A stretch of 64,000 nucleotides of DNA from a bacterium (lineage in GTDB: Bacteria > Patescibacteriota > Minisyncoccia > Phycocordibacterales > DATDWN01): positions 106,646 to 170,645 of the forward strand of contig JBAXLH010000001.1 in assembly GCA_037134875.1 (NCBI GenBank). Reading direction: 5' to 3'. Below the pieces are notes generated by a model that searched no databases, was not told the origin of the DNA, and worked only from the letters and a program-made list of their open reading frames with translations. Made by a program: the position numbers and the translations under genes. Positions 29,178 to 38,998 of this stretch are shown in pieces; position 1 is the first letter of the stretch; each line of letters begins with the position of its first letter.

Positions 29178-30409
29178 ATGGTTCTTTTCTTACCGGTCAG
29201 TAGATCTTGCATGAGGCCTTTTTTGAGAAGAGATAATTTTGATTTCAGTTCCTGATTAGTCGCAATCCTTTCTTCAATCGAAGAAAGGATGCTAGCAATT
29301 TTTTTCTGCTCCTGTATGGACGGAACAGGGACTTTATAACTTTTCATATAAGAAAGATTCAAGTGTGAGATATGCCCCTGAATTCCACCACTACGCAGTA
29401 ATTCATATTGGCTTTTCAAAAAAAGCCATAGATACTCGGAATCAATTTCTGTATTCGGTTCAATAGCAGCGGCGTTTTGTGTTGTGCATGCCTCGATTTT
29501 AAGGAGTGCAGTCTGTCCCCGTGTCTTTCCTTGACCATACATTGCAACAAGGATCGTTCCTGGCTGATATCTTTTTAGCCGATAGTCCTGAACTGCTTTA
29601 TCAGAAATATGCACCTCTGCCCGTTCAATTTTCTTATTTACAATCTCTCCCGTTTTGATAAAAGGATTATTGCCTTCGTAATACTCTTTTTTGCCTGTAG
29701 ACGGCGTGGTGCCGGTTGAGATAGTAGCTAGTTCTTCTAAATTTCTAAAAACAAATTTGGTTTTACCTGTTCCACTAGTAAAGAGATCTTTCATTAGCCC
29801 GCGCTTGAGTTTATCTGTCGCTTCAATAACTTCCTGTGTTTTTGCAATATCCTTATCAACTGTTCCCAAAATCTCTGCAATTTTCTGCTGTTCTTTTTTT
29901 GATTCCGGAATCAAGACTTGAATGGATTCAAATTTGCCTTTTGAAATAGTGTAGCGCGTTGCACCAACAGACGCTTTTTCAAATTGTCTAAGTACATCTC
30001 TAGCATTACAAAAATACGCTCGAAAATTAATGTCGATCTTATTGTCGTACTCCTCGTTAAATCTCAGTCGCGCCAAATGATAACTAAAGAGAGTATTCGG
30101 CAAATCCTTAGCCACTACAGCTGAGTGGCCAATATCATCAGGCGTTTCAGAAGAGGGGGTGAATAACATATCTCCAACCCTGACCTGTGCTACCTTAATT
30201 TCACTATCGCTGGCAGTCACTTCCATAAAATTAATGGAGTCATCAATAAATCCATGCTTGTAGACATCCATGTAGTTAACGAGCCTCACAGGCTTTTCGT
30301 CCCGCGCTATCTTTTTATCCACTCCACCGGTCTTAAACTCTCCCAAATCTGAAAGGTTTTTTATAACCCAACCACGCGGAATATTCTGTTGTTTCGTGTT
30401 AGTTGTCAT
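29174..30409 (-). CDS. hsdS: Type I R-M specificity subunit (two target-recognition domains)
   Basis: 411 aa, duplicated TRD architecture with conserved central/C-terminal helices. 4-nt overlap with hsdR. Confidence 0.8.
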   Translation of the reverse strand: MTTNTKQQNIPRGWVIKNLSDLGEFKTGGVDKKIARDEKPVRLVNYMDVYKHGFIDDSINFMEVTASDSEIKVAQVRVGDMLFTPSSETPDDIGHSAVVAKDLPNTLFSYHLARLRFNEEYDNKIDINFRAYFCNARDVLRQFEKASVGATRYTISKGKFESIQVLIPESKKEQQKIAEILGTVDKDIAKTQEVIEATDKLKRGLMKDLFTSGTGKTKFVFRNLEELATISTGTTPSTGKKEYYEGNNPFIKTGEIVNKKIERAEVHISDKAVQDYRLKRYQPGTILVAMYGQGKTRGQTALLKIEACTTQNAAAIEPNTEIDSEYLWLFLKSQYELLRSGGIQGHISHLNLSYMKSYKVPVPSIQEQKKIASILSSIEERIATNQELKSKLSLLKKGLMQDLLTGKKRTI

Positions 30410-31229
30410 CTCGTTTTTCTACGGCAATTTCTTGCTGAATTTGCTGCAATTGTTTTTTGACCATCGCGTCCTTTTCATTCTTTTTTGCTTCTTCTATTTT
30501 CTGATCGAGAATCAATTCAATAGAGAGTTTGATAGGCGCAAAATATCGTAAACATTCTTCTTCAGTTAATTCGTGTACACCCTTGCTCAAAATAGAGTAG
30601 ACACCTTTCATTTCCACAAGTTGGCTAGGGAGAAAAGTTTTCAATGTCTCAACCTTATCCAGCATTCTTTGTTTTTTGAAATCGATTTCGCTTATTTTAG
30701 TAGCGCCAGCATTGTTCGTGTATGTTTCAAGAATTAATTTCTCAAAAATCCTTCTGAGATAAACAAAAGAGCCGGCACCAGCCCCATGGGAAACCAGTCC
30801 AATTGCCTTTTTGAGATTTTTTAGGTCCTCAACTGGCAAAACCTTGTCATACTTCTTACCAATCTCTGCGAACTGTAAATCTGCTAACGATGGCCATTGT
30901 CCTATCTTCATGACGATTTCTCTATTTCGAAAAACTATAAAGCGTATTACATCGTTATCCTTCCGCTTACACTTCAAGGTAATGAGAAAGAACCCAACAT
31001 CAACACTATTACCTTTTTCTGCTGACCAATCGCTCCATGTATCGGTTGAATCAATGCTGATGGAATAGGTCGTTTCCGTACTATTCTTTGCGCTATACGC
31101 ATCCACGTCACCGCCGAAGGCATTTTTTTCTAGCTCACTAATTGACACAACCTCGTATAAAGGAGTTTCAAAATAGAAATCGTGTTTGCTCATTATTTTA
31201 GCCTCTCCCAACTGTAGTTCGTTAGCCAT
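30399..31229 (-). CDS. hypothetical protein embedded between hsdM and hsdS
   Basis: 276-aa ORF overlapping hsdS by 11 nt. No catalytic motif recognised. C-terminal half helical (VSHGAGAGSFVYLRRIFEKLI...). Confidence 0.5.
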   Translation of the reverse strand: MANELQLGEAKIMSKHDFYFETPLYEVVSISELEKNAFGGDVDAYSAKNSTETTYSISIDSTDTWSDWSAEKGNSVDVGFFLITLKCKRKDNDVIRFIVFRNREIVMKIGQWPSLADLQFAEIGKKYDKVLPVEDLKNLKKAIGLVSHGAGAGSFVYLRRIFEKLILETYTNNAGATKISEIDFKKQRMLDKVETLKTFLPSQLVEMKGVYSILSKGVHELTEEECLRYFAPIKLSIELILDQKIEEAKKNEKDAMVKKQLQQIQQEIAVEKRDDN

Positions 31230-31233
31230 AAAT

Positions 31234-32979
31234 TTAATACTTCAATTCCTTTAGATACCCTTCGACCTTTGTATCAATTGCCGTACGCTCCTTTTCGAGA
31301 GTAGCTAACTCCTTGCGTACAGCAGACACATCAATAATTTCCTCTTTATCACCGTTCTCAATGTAGCGGCGAACGTTGAGGTTGTACTCATTCGTTTCTA
31401 TCTCCTTCAGGTCAACGACGCGGGCATAACCATCAATATCCTTAAAACCATCGTAAGTTTTAACAATTTTCTGAATGTCCTGATAACGGAGCGAATTCTG
31501 ATTCTTACCCTCAGAGAAGTCCTTCTCGGCATCTACGATCAACACTTTACCTTTGTGACCTCCCGCCTTGTTCTTGTTGAAAATGATAATGGCCGCTGGA
31601 ATGCCCGTGCCGTAGAAGAGCTTTGACGGAAGTGCAATCACAGCTTCGATGAGGTCATTCTTAAGTATTTGTTCCCGAATACGGCCTTCGGAACCACCTC
31701 GGAAGAGGACACCGTGCGGGAGCACAATACCGGCACGGCCATTAGAGTTCATCGACTTGATGATGTGGAGCACAAAGGCGTAGTCAGCGTTTTTGTTTGG
31801 TGGCAGTTCGTACCCGTCGATGCGACCGTATTTATCGGACTTGAACATCTCGTACTCCCAGTCGTTGATTGAGTAGGGTGGGTTTGCAACGCAAATATCA
31901 AATGTCTTGAGACTACCGTTTGGGTTCAAAAACTGCGGGTTCGCGAGTGTGTCGCCCCGCTGAATGTCGGCGCTATCAAGTCCGTGGAGAAACATGTTGA
32001 TCTTGGCGATCGCATAAGTGCCAATATTAATCTCCTGGCCATAAAGATAGAGCGTGCGCGCAATCTGCTCGCCCTCTTTCTCTTTCAGATGATGAAAAGC
32101 CTCCAAAAGGAATCCGCCTGAGCCGACCGTGGGGTCGTAAATATGATCTTTCTTGTGTGGCTTAAGTATCTGTATGATGACGCGTTCAACTTCACGCGGT
32201 GTATAAAACTCACCGCCTTTCTTTCCGGCGTCAGCCGCAAACTGTTTGATGAGGTATTCGTACGCATCGCCAAGGACATCGGAGTTGATGTATGTGTCGC
32301 CAAAGTTGTATTGAGAGAAGTGGTTGATGAGGCGCTGAGTCGTTTCGTTCGGGAAGCGGTCCTTGTTGGCAAAGTCGAGGTCATCAAAAATCCTGTCGAG
32401 CTTCGGACTATTGGCGTTGGCAAGCTTTTCAAAAATCTCATTGAGTTTCTTGCCGATGTTTTCTGCTTTTTCCTCAACAACCGACCAACGACACTCCTTC
32501 GGCACCTGAAAGCGATGGTTGTAGTCGGCGCGAGCGATCGTTTCGTCTTTGAACTCTTCCATTACCTTCGCGTACTCTTCATCCCAGACGTCGCTGATGC
32601 GTTTGAAAAAGAGAAGGCCAAAGATGTACTTCTTGTAGTCAGAACTGTCGATTTTGCCGCGGAGAATATCCGCACTCTTCCAGAGGAACTGCTCGAGCTG
32701 TGGAAGAGTGAGCTTGCTACCCATCTTGTCGACTATTGCTCGTATATCTTCAGGGCGATATTTACGATCCCCGCGTTTACCGGCACGCATGGGTACTAAA
32801 ATGCCCTCCTTTTCCCAGTTACGGAGGGTGTCTGGATGGATATTAAAGATTTCAGCGACCTGTCCTATTGAAAGGAGGTCGGGCATTTCTTTGAGTTTTG
32901 CTTGTATATCTTTGCGCATATTGTTAAGTACTATCCTATCGCGGGCTAAATATAATGTCAAGCGTTCATAGGTTATCAT
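31234..32979 (-). CDS. hsdM: Type I R-M methyltransferase subunit with N-terminal MerR/excisionase-type HTH extension
   Basis: N6-adenine methyltransferase motifs (NPPY: VANPPYS) and HsdM N-domain. The first ~75 aa (LLSIGQVAEIFNIHPDTLRNWEKEGILVP...KYRPEDI) match a MerR/HTH_17-like domain. Confidence 0.85.
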   Translation of the reverse strand: MITYERLTLYLARDRIVLNNMRKDIQAKLKEMPDLLSIGQVAEIFNIHPDTLRNWEKEGILVPMRAGKRGDRKYRPEDIRAIVDKMGSKLTLPQLEQFLWKSADILRGKIDSSDYKKYIFGLLFFKRISDVWDEEYAKVMEEFKDETIARADYNHRFQVPKECRWSVVEEKAENIGKKLNEIFEKLANANSPKLDRIFDDLDFANKDRFPNETTQRLINHFSQYNFGDTYINSDVLGDAYEYLIKQFAADAGKKGGEFYTPREVERVIIQILKPHKKDHIYDPTVGSGGFLLEAFHHLKEKEGEQIARTLYLYGQEINIGTYAIAKINMFLHGLDSADIQRGDTLANPQFLNPNGSLKTFDICVANPPYSINDWEYEMFKSDKYGRIDGYELPPNKNADYAFVLHIIKSMNSNGRAGIVLPHGVLFRGGSEGRIREQILKNDLIEAVIALPSKLFYGTGIPAAIIIFNKNKAGGHKGKVLIVDAEKDFSEGKNQNSLRYQDIQKIVKTYDGFKDIDGYARVVDLKEIETNEYNLNVRRYIENGDKEEIIDVSAVRKELATLEKERTAIDTKVEGYLKELKY

Positions 32980-33067
32980 AGGTCTAAACCTTAGCTTGCT
33001 ATGTAAAATAAGGGTAATTTGGCTATCAACAGGTGTCCTGGACTCCCTAGAGCCTTTACGTCATTGA

Positions 33068-34360
33068 TTGATGTATATGGAAACAAAGCAATTGGAGGCC
33101 CTCCGGTACTGCCTCTACGCACGCAAAAGTACCGAAGCAGAGGATAAACAGGCCCTTTCAATAGAGTCGCAGGTAAAGGAGATGCAAGTGCTCGCCGAGC
33201 GGGACGGGCTCCATATCGTAGAGATAAAGCGAGAGTCACACTCCTCCAAGGAGGTAGGCCAGCGGCCGGTATATAACCAGATGCTCGAGGACCTACGCTC
33301 ACAGAAGTTCAATGCAATACTCACATGGGCTCCGGATCGGTTGAGCCGCAATGCCGGAGACTTGGGGTCGGTCGTAGACCTCATGGACCAGAAGCTGCTG
33401 CATGAGATACGCACCTACGGGCAGAAGTTTACCAACAACCCGAATGAGAAGTTTTTGCTGATGATACTCGGGAGCCAAGCGAAACTTGAGAACGATAACA
33501 AGGCGGTGAATGTTAAGCGTGGATTGCGCACACGATGCGAGATGGGGTGGAGGCCCGGCGTTGCACCAACCGGATACTTAAACGAAAAGCACGTTGATAA
33601 AAAGTGCCAATGTAGGGTTGATCCAAAGCGCGGACCGGTCATCAAACAGATGTTTGAAAAAGTAGCCAATGAACAGTGGAGTGGGCGCAAGCTATATCGC
33701 TGGTTGAGAGAAATCGACTTCAAGACGCATCGCGGCAAGCCGTTGGTGCTGGCGAATGTGTACATAATTTTGCGAAACCCTTTTTATTACGGCGACTTTG
33801 AATACCCGGTCGGTGGAGGCAAGTGGTACACAGGCAAGCACACGCCAATCATTGATAAGGAGTTGTATACAAAAGTGCAAATGACACTGAACGCGAACTT
33901 TATACCCAAAACTGAGAGTAAAGAGTTTGCCTTTACCAAGCTCATACGATGCGGACACTGCGGCTCGGGCATATCCGCAGATGAGAAGTTCAAGAAGTTA
34001 AAAGACGGCGGTGTAAACAGGCACGTGTACTACTTCTGCACCAAGGCTCGGAATATAGACTGCAAGAATCCGGCCATAAATGAGCCGGGTCTGATCGAGG
34101 AGCTTATAGGTCTCATGGATAAGGTCAACATGGACGAACTAGGCATACGAACCCGGATAGAGGATGAAATAAAACGGTTTAACAAATTTAGGTCAGGCGT
34201 ACTTGGACACAAGCAAGACAAAATAGAGATCGACGTAGATGTAAGAAATTACACCAAGTACCTATTGAGAGAAGGGACGCTTATAGAGAAGCGCGAACTG
34301 CTCGGATGCCTTCAAAGCAAACTATTTCTGAATGACAAAAAAATCAGAATGGATAATTAA
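33068..34360 (+). CDS. large serine recombinase (integrase) 1
   Basis: Resolvase catalytic domain (YCLYARKSTEAED...SIESQ), recombinase domain and zinc ribbon (CGHCGS...YYFC). Confidence 0.85.
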   Translation: MMYMETKQLEALRYCLYARKSTEAEDKQALSIESQVKEMQVLAERDGLHIVEIKRESHSSKEVGQRPVYNQMLEDLRSQKFNAILTWAPDRLSRNAGDLGSVVDLMDQKLLHEIRTYGQKFTNNPNEKFLLMILGSQAKLENDNKAVNVKRGLRTRCEMGWRPGVAPTGYLNEKHVDKKCQCRVDPKRGPVIKQMFEKVANEQWSGRKLYRWLREIDFKTHRGKPLVLANVYIILRNPFYYGDFEYPVGGGKWYTGKHTPIIDKELYTKVQMTLNANFIPKTESKEFAFTKLIRCGHCGSGISADEKFKKLKDGGVNRHVYYFCTKARNIDCKNPAINEPGLIEELIGLMDKVNMDELGIRTRIEDEIKRFNKFRSGVLGHKQDKIEIDVDVRNYTKYLLREGTLIEKRELLGCLQSKLFLNDKKIRMDN

Positions 34361-35309
34361 TTGCAGTCCAATCGAGCACCAGAGGGTTGGGTTTTCCTGA
34401 ATTAGAATCTAACTCAAACTTAGGAATATAAAATTCCTTTTCATACTTCTCAAAACCAGTCGTAACAATCTTGAATATATTCCTAATGAGGGGGCTCTTC
34501 TGGTCAAAAAATCCAGTGCCAAAGTTAAGTCCGAATTGCGCATGGAACATTACTACCGCAGCGCCAACTGCGTAGACTGCATTTTCCAAAGTCGCGAACT
34601 TTAGATTTTCCTCTCGGTCGTGTTTAGTCTTGTTATAGGAGTCATACCAATTCAATGATGTCGTTGGATTACTAACATCCCACCCCTTAAAAGGTGCAAA
34701 AGCTGGGAAGTTCGGATATGACTGCAAAGATAGTTCGTATCCGTCTAAAAGCATCGGGTGATGCAGTTTTACATAGTCATTGGTAGTTAACCTCGGTGAG
34801 GAATACGTATTCTCTTTTAAGACCGCCGTCCACGATGACTCAACTTCCATAGATGCCAGTAGAATGATCTCCCTGATTTTGTGACCATAGACTGATAAAT
34901 TATCCTTGTTTGGTTCAATGGTTTCAAAGAGATATTCCAATTTGCCGAGCAATATACGCAGTGAGACAAAAGACTCATTTAATTTTTCTTGATAGGCAAT
35001 ATTAAATGGACGCCCTCCACATGCAAGAGGCCTCCACATTCTTTTGTAATAAGTGCCAAGGACGTAACTTGATTCAACCGGTTCGCTGTCACCAAAACTC
35101 TTTGTAACCCAATCTTTAATGTCGGTGAAGGTTGTATTTGGAACTTTAACGAAATGTACCTCACCTCCATGATTAACTCCCGAGGCAAAGAGGACACCCT
35201 GACCCTCGAAAGCAACTCCGCTCTCGTGGTGAAAAAAGAAGTCTTGATCAAAATTTGGTCCTTGTTTCCCATTAGGGAAAAATTTGTTTTGAAAAAATAA
35301 TATCTTCAT
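34344..35309 (-). CDS. hypothetical protein (unknown function) abutting repeat A
   Basis: ORF from MKILFFQNKFF. No motif. The upstream region is the 202-bp repeat A. Confidence 0.4.
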   Translation of the reverse strand: MKILFFQNKFFPNGKQGPNFDQDFFFHHESGVAFEGQGVLFASGVNHGGEVHFVKVPNTTFTDIKDWVTKSFGDSEPVESSYVLGTYYKRMWRPLACGGRPFNIAYQEKLNESFVSLRILLGKLEYLFETIEPNKDNLSVYGHKIREIILLASMEVESSWTAVLKENTYSSPRLTTNDYVKLHHPMLLDGYELSLQSYPNFPAFAPFKGWDVSNPTTSLNWYDSYNKTKHDREENLKFATLENAVYAVGAAVVMFHAQFGLNFGTGFFDQKSPLIRNIFKIVTTGFEKYEKEFYIPKFELDSNSGKPNPLVLDWTAINYPF

Positions 35310-35351
35310 AATCTGCGACCGACGTGTCTCAGTCACCTGACTTAGTATATG

Positions 35352-35553
35352 TTGGCTGTGTCTCCTGAACAAAATCCGAACTTTTTTCCAAACTAATCCG
35401 ACTGAGGATTAATCTGCGCGCCTCGCCCGCTCCCTTCGGTCGCGGGAGCAAAAACCAAAAATTTTCCTTACCTTTCTTATTTTCTTCGGCGGGGGGTGTG
35501 GGGGGAGCCGACAAAAAATGGAAAGGAAATTTTTGGTTTTGCTTCGCCGCTAC
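35352..35553. repeat. inverted repeat A (202 bp), left copy
   Basis: Near-identical inverted copy at 38588-38789. Outer end is ttggctg. Confidence 0.85.
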
Positions 35554-35819
35554 AGACTACGAAATGAACATTTACATTATATCATTTGTGGTTCTTTGGA
35601 GTTGTTCATTTCTCCGTCCTTGCGGCGATACGAGGCGCTTCCTCTCCGCGTTTGGTGATAGCTTGAAACTTTGTGCCTCCGACCGAGTTTAGTGGTACCT
35701 CACAAAGCGGATTGTGCTTGGCACAAACAAATCTTATTGTGCTTGCCCCGCCCGCCCTGTGCGCGCACAAATCCCCGCCGTTTTTAGGAAATATTATAAA
35801 ACGGCGGGGATTGCCTCCC

Positions 35820-36686
35820 TTATGCCGACTCAAATGCTTTTTTGAAAGCTGGTTCTTGCATAGCGGCATGGCTCGCGCCATACACGACAAAAACTCGCTT
35901 GTGAGTTTTGAATGCTTCAAGAATATCTCCAACAATTTTTTTATCTCTAAAAAGCGACGAGGCTTCGCCAATTCGATTCAAAATTGTTTGTTTTTCTTTT
36001 TTCTCGTCCCACGGTATCGGGTCAATCCGATCAAGTGCATTTGGGTCATTTTCAACATCTACAGCTTCGCCGAAAATCTGCTCGCCAAGTTTTATAGCGC
36101 GTTCGTATGAGTAATCGAAACCTTCCCAATTAGTTGTTCGTTTGAATCGGTCAATAAATCCAGAAACATATTTTTCAAATCCCTCTCGTTTCATTTGTCG
36201 ATTATATTGCGGAAGAATGTGGAAAACATCCCATGCAAATATTTGGTCTTTTGAAAATCCTTTGGCGAGCAAGTCGTTATACAAATCCTCGTCGGTTGGT
36301 TCGGGAGATTCCCAGTCAATTCCTTTTTCAACTCCTAATTTCAATGTAAGACCTGACTCGCCCATACGGTCAATTGCTTCCTCGCGTGTGGCAGATTTTA
36401 CTCTCTCATTAAATTTTGTTTTATCTCCGCGAACATTCATACCCTCGACAAAAACAATATCAGGATTCGCTTTATTGAAAGCGGCCTCAATTTCTGCGAA
36501 TAGAGGATTACTTGGGTCGCTTGTGTGAGGCGAGCCGAAGTAATAAAGTTCTTTATCTCCCGCTTTCAATTCAAAAACATATGGTGTTGCGTGTTCAATT
36601 TTGCTGTATTCCTCGGCAGTCATTATGCTACTCAAAACTGATTCTGTCGTTTCGGATTTATTTTTTGGTTGTTCAAATGTTTCCAT
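35820..36686 (-). CDS. TraB/GumN-family protein
   Basis: YYFGSPHTSDP and VYGASHAAM resemble TraB/GumN signatures. Inside the inverted-repeat-flanked cassette. Confidence 0.5.
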   Translation of the reverse strand: METFEQPKNKSETTESVLSSIMTAEEYSKIEHATPYVFELKAGDKELYYFGSPHTSDPSNPLFAEIEAAFNKANPDIVFVEGMNVRGDKTKFNERVKSATREEAIDRMGESGLTLKLGVEKGIDWESPEPTDEDLYNDLLAKGFSKDQIFAWDVFHILPQYNRQMKREGFEKYVSGFIDRFKRTTNWEGFDYSYERAIKLGEQIFGEAVDVENDPNALDRIDPIPWDEKKEKQTILNRIGEASSLFRDKKIVGDILEAFKTHKRVFVVYGASHAAMQEPAFKKAFESA

Positions 36687-36688
36687 AA

Positions 36689-37447
36689 TTATTTTTTGGA
36701 AACATAATCAATTATCTTGTCCCAATCGAGGTTATCTTTTGTATAAAAAAGGTCAATGACATCTTTTGTCATTTCGTTGATTTTCTTTACATAAAGTTGT
36801 TTAAAACTATCGTCTCGTTTCTTAGCTTCCTTATCCAGTGGTTGAATGATTTTTTTATACAATTCGTTATCGCCAGAGATAAGTTCCCAAAAAGCTTGTC
36901 CGCAAATTTTGTAATAACTAAGGTCGGGGTCTTTATTCACCTTATGTGGAACATTGTCTCGTCCATAAATACAGCCGTTTACAGAAACAATACTATTTTT
37001 ATTGAGTTCGGCACGAAGTAACTTTTTAGCAATTTTCAAGTTTCTTTTCAATGTATTTACTTGGTCAGAATTTCCCCAGTTTGGTCCGGATTTAATACCA
37101 ACGATATAGGTTTTTTCATCTCGATCAAAAATTAAATCAACGCTACGATATTTCCCTTCCTCCGCTTTTTTGCCCTTAAATACTTCGTGGCAAACATGGA
37201 TAGCCAGATTTTCCATCAAATCGCCGAAAATTGTTTCCTCTTGTGATGACAAAAAAGCGTCAAGAATACTTTTTGCCAAATCTCCTGCGGTCTCGATGTT
37301 CTTGGCCTTAAATAAGTAAGGATTTTTTCGTTTTGAAATATAAGAAAGTTTTGCCGATTCAAGTCGAGCAAGCCGTATTTCATAAAATGGTTTTATAACA
37401 TCAGAAGCGATAAAGGTATTTAGTTTTTCGTAGTTTAGTTTTTTCAT
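36689..37447 (-). CDS. putative Type II restriction endonuclease (PD-(D/E)xK)
   Basis: Position immediately downstream of C-protein and methyltransferase. Candidate D...D/ExK (SVDLIFDRDEKTYIVGIK). Confidence 0.5.
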   Translation of the reverse strand: MKKLNYEKLNTFIASDVIKPFYEIRLARLESAKLSYISKRKNPYLFKAKNIETAGDLAKSILDAFLSSQEETIFGDLMENLAIHVCHEVFKGKKAEEGKYRSVDLIFDRDEKTYIVGIKSGPNWGNSDQVNTLKRNLKIAKKLLRAELNKNSIVSVNGCIYGRDNVPHKVNKDPDLSYYKICGQAFWELISGDNELYKKIIQPLDKEAKKRDDSFKQLYVKKINEMTKDVIDLFYTKDNLDWDKIIDYVSKK

Positions 37448-37448
37448 A

Positions 37449-38315
37449 TTATTTCGTTTGCTCGTTAATATTTTCGACAGCCAGTTTGTGATATTCCTCC
37501 TGTATTTCAATACCTATTGAATTACGGTCAAGCTGAAAAGCGGCAATAGAAGTCGTGCCGGAACCCAAAAATGGGTCTAGAACGACGTCTCCGGGTTTTG
37601 TAAAAAGTTTAATAAACCAACTCGGTAGTTCTTTGGGAAAGACTGCACTATGTTTTTTGTTGGAACTTTCGGTCGCCATTGAAAGTACATTTGTAGGATA
37701 AGCTAAATCGCGACCTACCCAATTTGATACATTTTTTCCAAAACCGCTACCAACTTTTGAGTTATCTCGTTGCTTATCAGTTTCGCTAAGATTTTTCAAA
37801 CGAGTTTTTGCCCAATCTCCCATGGGGACTCTTACCTCATCTTGATACATATTAAAATCTTTTGATTTATTGAATTGCAAAAGTCGTTCCCAAGAATCAC
37901 GAAAACGGTTAGGCCACTTGCCCGGAAAGCAATTTTTTTTGTGCCAAATAAATTCTTCTGTCCAAAGCCAGCCCTGTTTTCGCATTGCGATAATTAGCTC
38001 CATGACATAGGTATGACGCTCACCATTTGCAACTTTTTCTTTAATATTCAAAACGAACGTTCCTTTTGGATGTAAAACTCGTAATAATTCTGCCGTCATA
38101 GGCAAAAACCATTCAACATATTTATCAGGACTAATTCCGCCGTAAGTGCTTTTCCTTTGGTCTGCGTAAGGTGGTGATGTGACGATAAGATCGACGGAAT
38201 TTTCTGGCAAACTTTTTAAAACATCAAGACAGTCGCCAAGAATAACATCCGCTTTTACTTTGGCTTTTGTCTTTGCATTAAACAAGTCAATTTTTTCTAT
38301 AGTGTTAATTGTCAT
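37449..38315 (-). CDS. Type II DNA methyltransferase (N4-C/N6-A, beta class)
   Basis: SPPY motif (LIVTSPPYAD) and motif I FLGSGTT. Confidence 0.85.
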   Translation of the reverse strand: MTINTIEKIDLFNAKTKAKVKADVILGDCLDVLKSLPENSVDLIVTSPPYADQRKSTYGGISPDKYVEWFLPMTAELLRVLHPKGTFVLNIKEKVANGERHTYVMELIIAMRKQGWLWTEEFIWHKKNCFPGKWPNRFRDSWERLLQFNKSKDFNMYQDEVRVPMGDWAKTRLKNLSETDKQRDNSKVGSGFGKNVSNWVGRDLAYPTNVLSMATESSNKKHSAVFPKELPSWFIKLFTKPGDVVLDPFLGSGTTSIAAFQLDRNSIGIEIQEEYHKLAVENINEQTK

Positions 38316-38320
38316 AAAAT

Positions 38321-38527
38321 TTATTTCAGCAATTCATCTGTTGAAACGCTAAGTGCTTTTGCAATATTGGAAATGGTAGAAAGAGTTGGATTTGTTTTGC
38401 CATTTTCGATATTGCTCACAAAACTTCGGCTAACGCCGAGTGTTCGCACAATATCGCCTTGTGTAATGCCTTTTTCTGTTCTGATTCGCTTTAGGTTTTT
38501 ACCCAACTTTGCAGACTCGCTTTTCAT
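38321..38527 (-). CDS. controller (C) protein, XRE-family HTH
   Basis: LGKNLKRIRTEKGITQGDIVRTLGVSRSFVSNIENGK. First gene of the C-M-R operon. Confidence 0.75.
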   Translation of the reverse strand: MKSESAKLGKNLKRIRTEKGITQGDIVRTLGVSRSFVSNIENGKTNPTLSTISNIAKALSVSTDELLK

Positions 38528-38587
38528 ATCCACAAGTATACCACTTCCAATTACATTATACACCAATATTATAGTATAATGTAATAG

Positions 38588-38789
38588 GTAGCGGCGAAGC
38601 AAAACCAAAAATTTCCTTTCCATTTTTTGTCGGCTCCCCCCACACCCCCCGCCGAAGAAAATAAGAAAGGTAAGGAAAATTTTTGGTTTTTGCTCCCGCG
38701 ACCGAAGGGAGCGGGCGAGGCGCGCAGATTAATCCTCAGTCGGATTAGTTTGGAAAAAAGTTCGGATTTTGTTCAGGAGACACAGCCAA
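38588..38789. repeat. inverted repeat A' (right copy)
   Basis: Reverse complement of 35352-35553. Confidence 0.85.
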
Positions 38790-38914
38790 GTTTCGGAATT
38801 CGTTTTTTCGCCAAAATTCGGAGCGTCGCAAAGCGACGCGACTGGGGTTTCCGCCAGAATTCGCCAAGGGTTTTTGAAATCCAAAAGAAGCGAGCGGGAC
38901 GCGAGGCGGGGGTT
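38783..38914. repeat. inverted repeat B (left copy), abuts A' sharing cagccaa
   Basis: Reverse complement matches 40349-40480. Confidence 0.8.
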
Positions 38915-38998
38915 TATGATGAGTACATCATTCAAAACAAAGTTTTGCGAGCCAATCTTGAAGCGATAATTATCAATATTTAACATAAACCTTTTTCT

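Noticed and set aside
38627-38983. ORFs 38627..38983, 38729..38986, 38769..38969, 35329..35514 and 40258..40696, with identical peptides on opposite strands
   Set aside because: Their identity simply reflects translation of the inverted repeats A/A' and B/B'. Low-complexity Pro/Arg-rich products; treated as repeat DNA, not genes.
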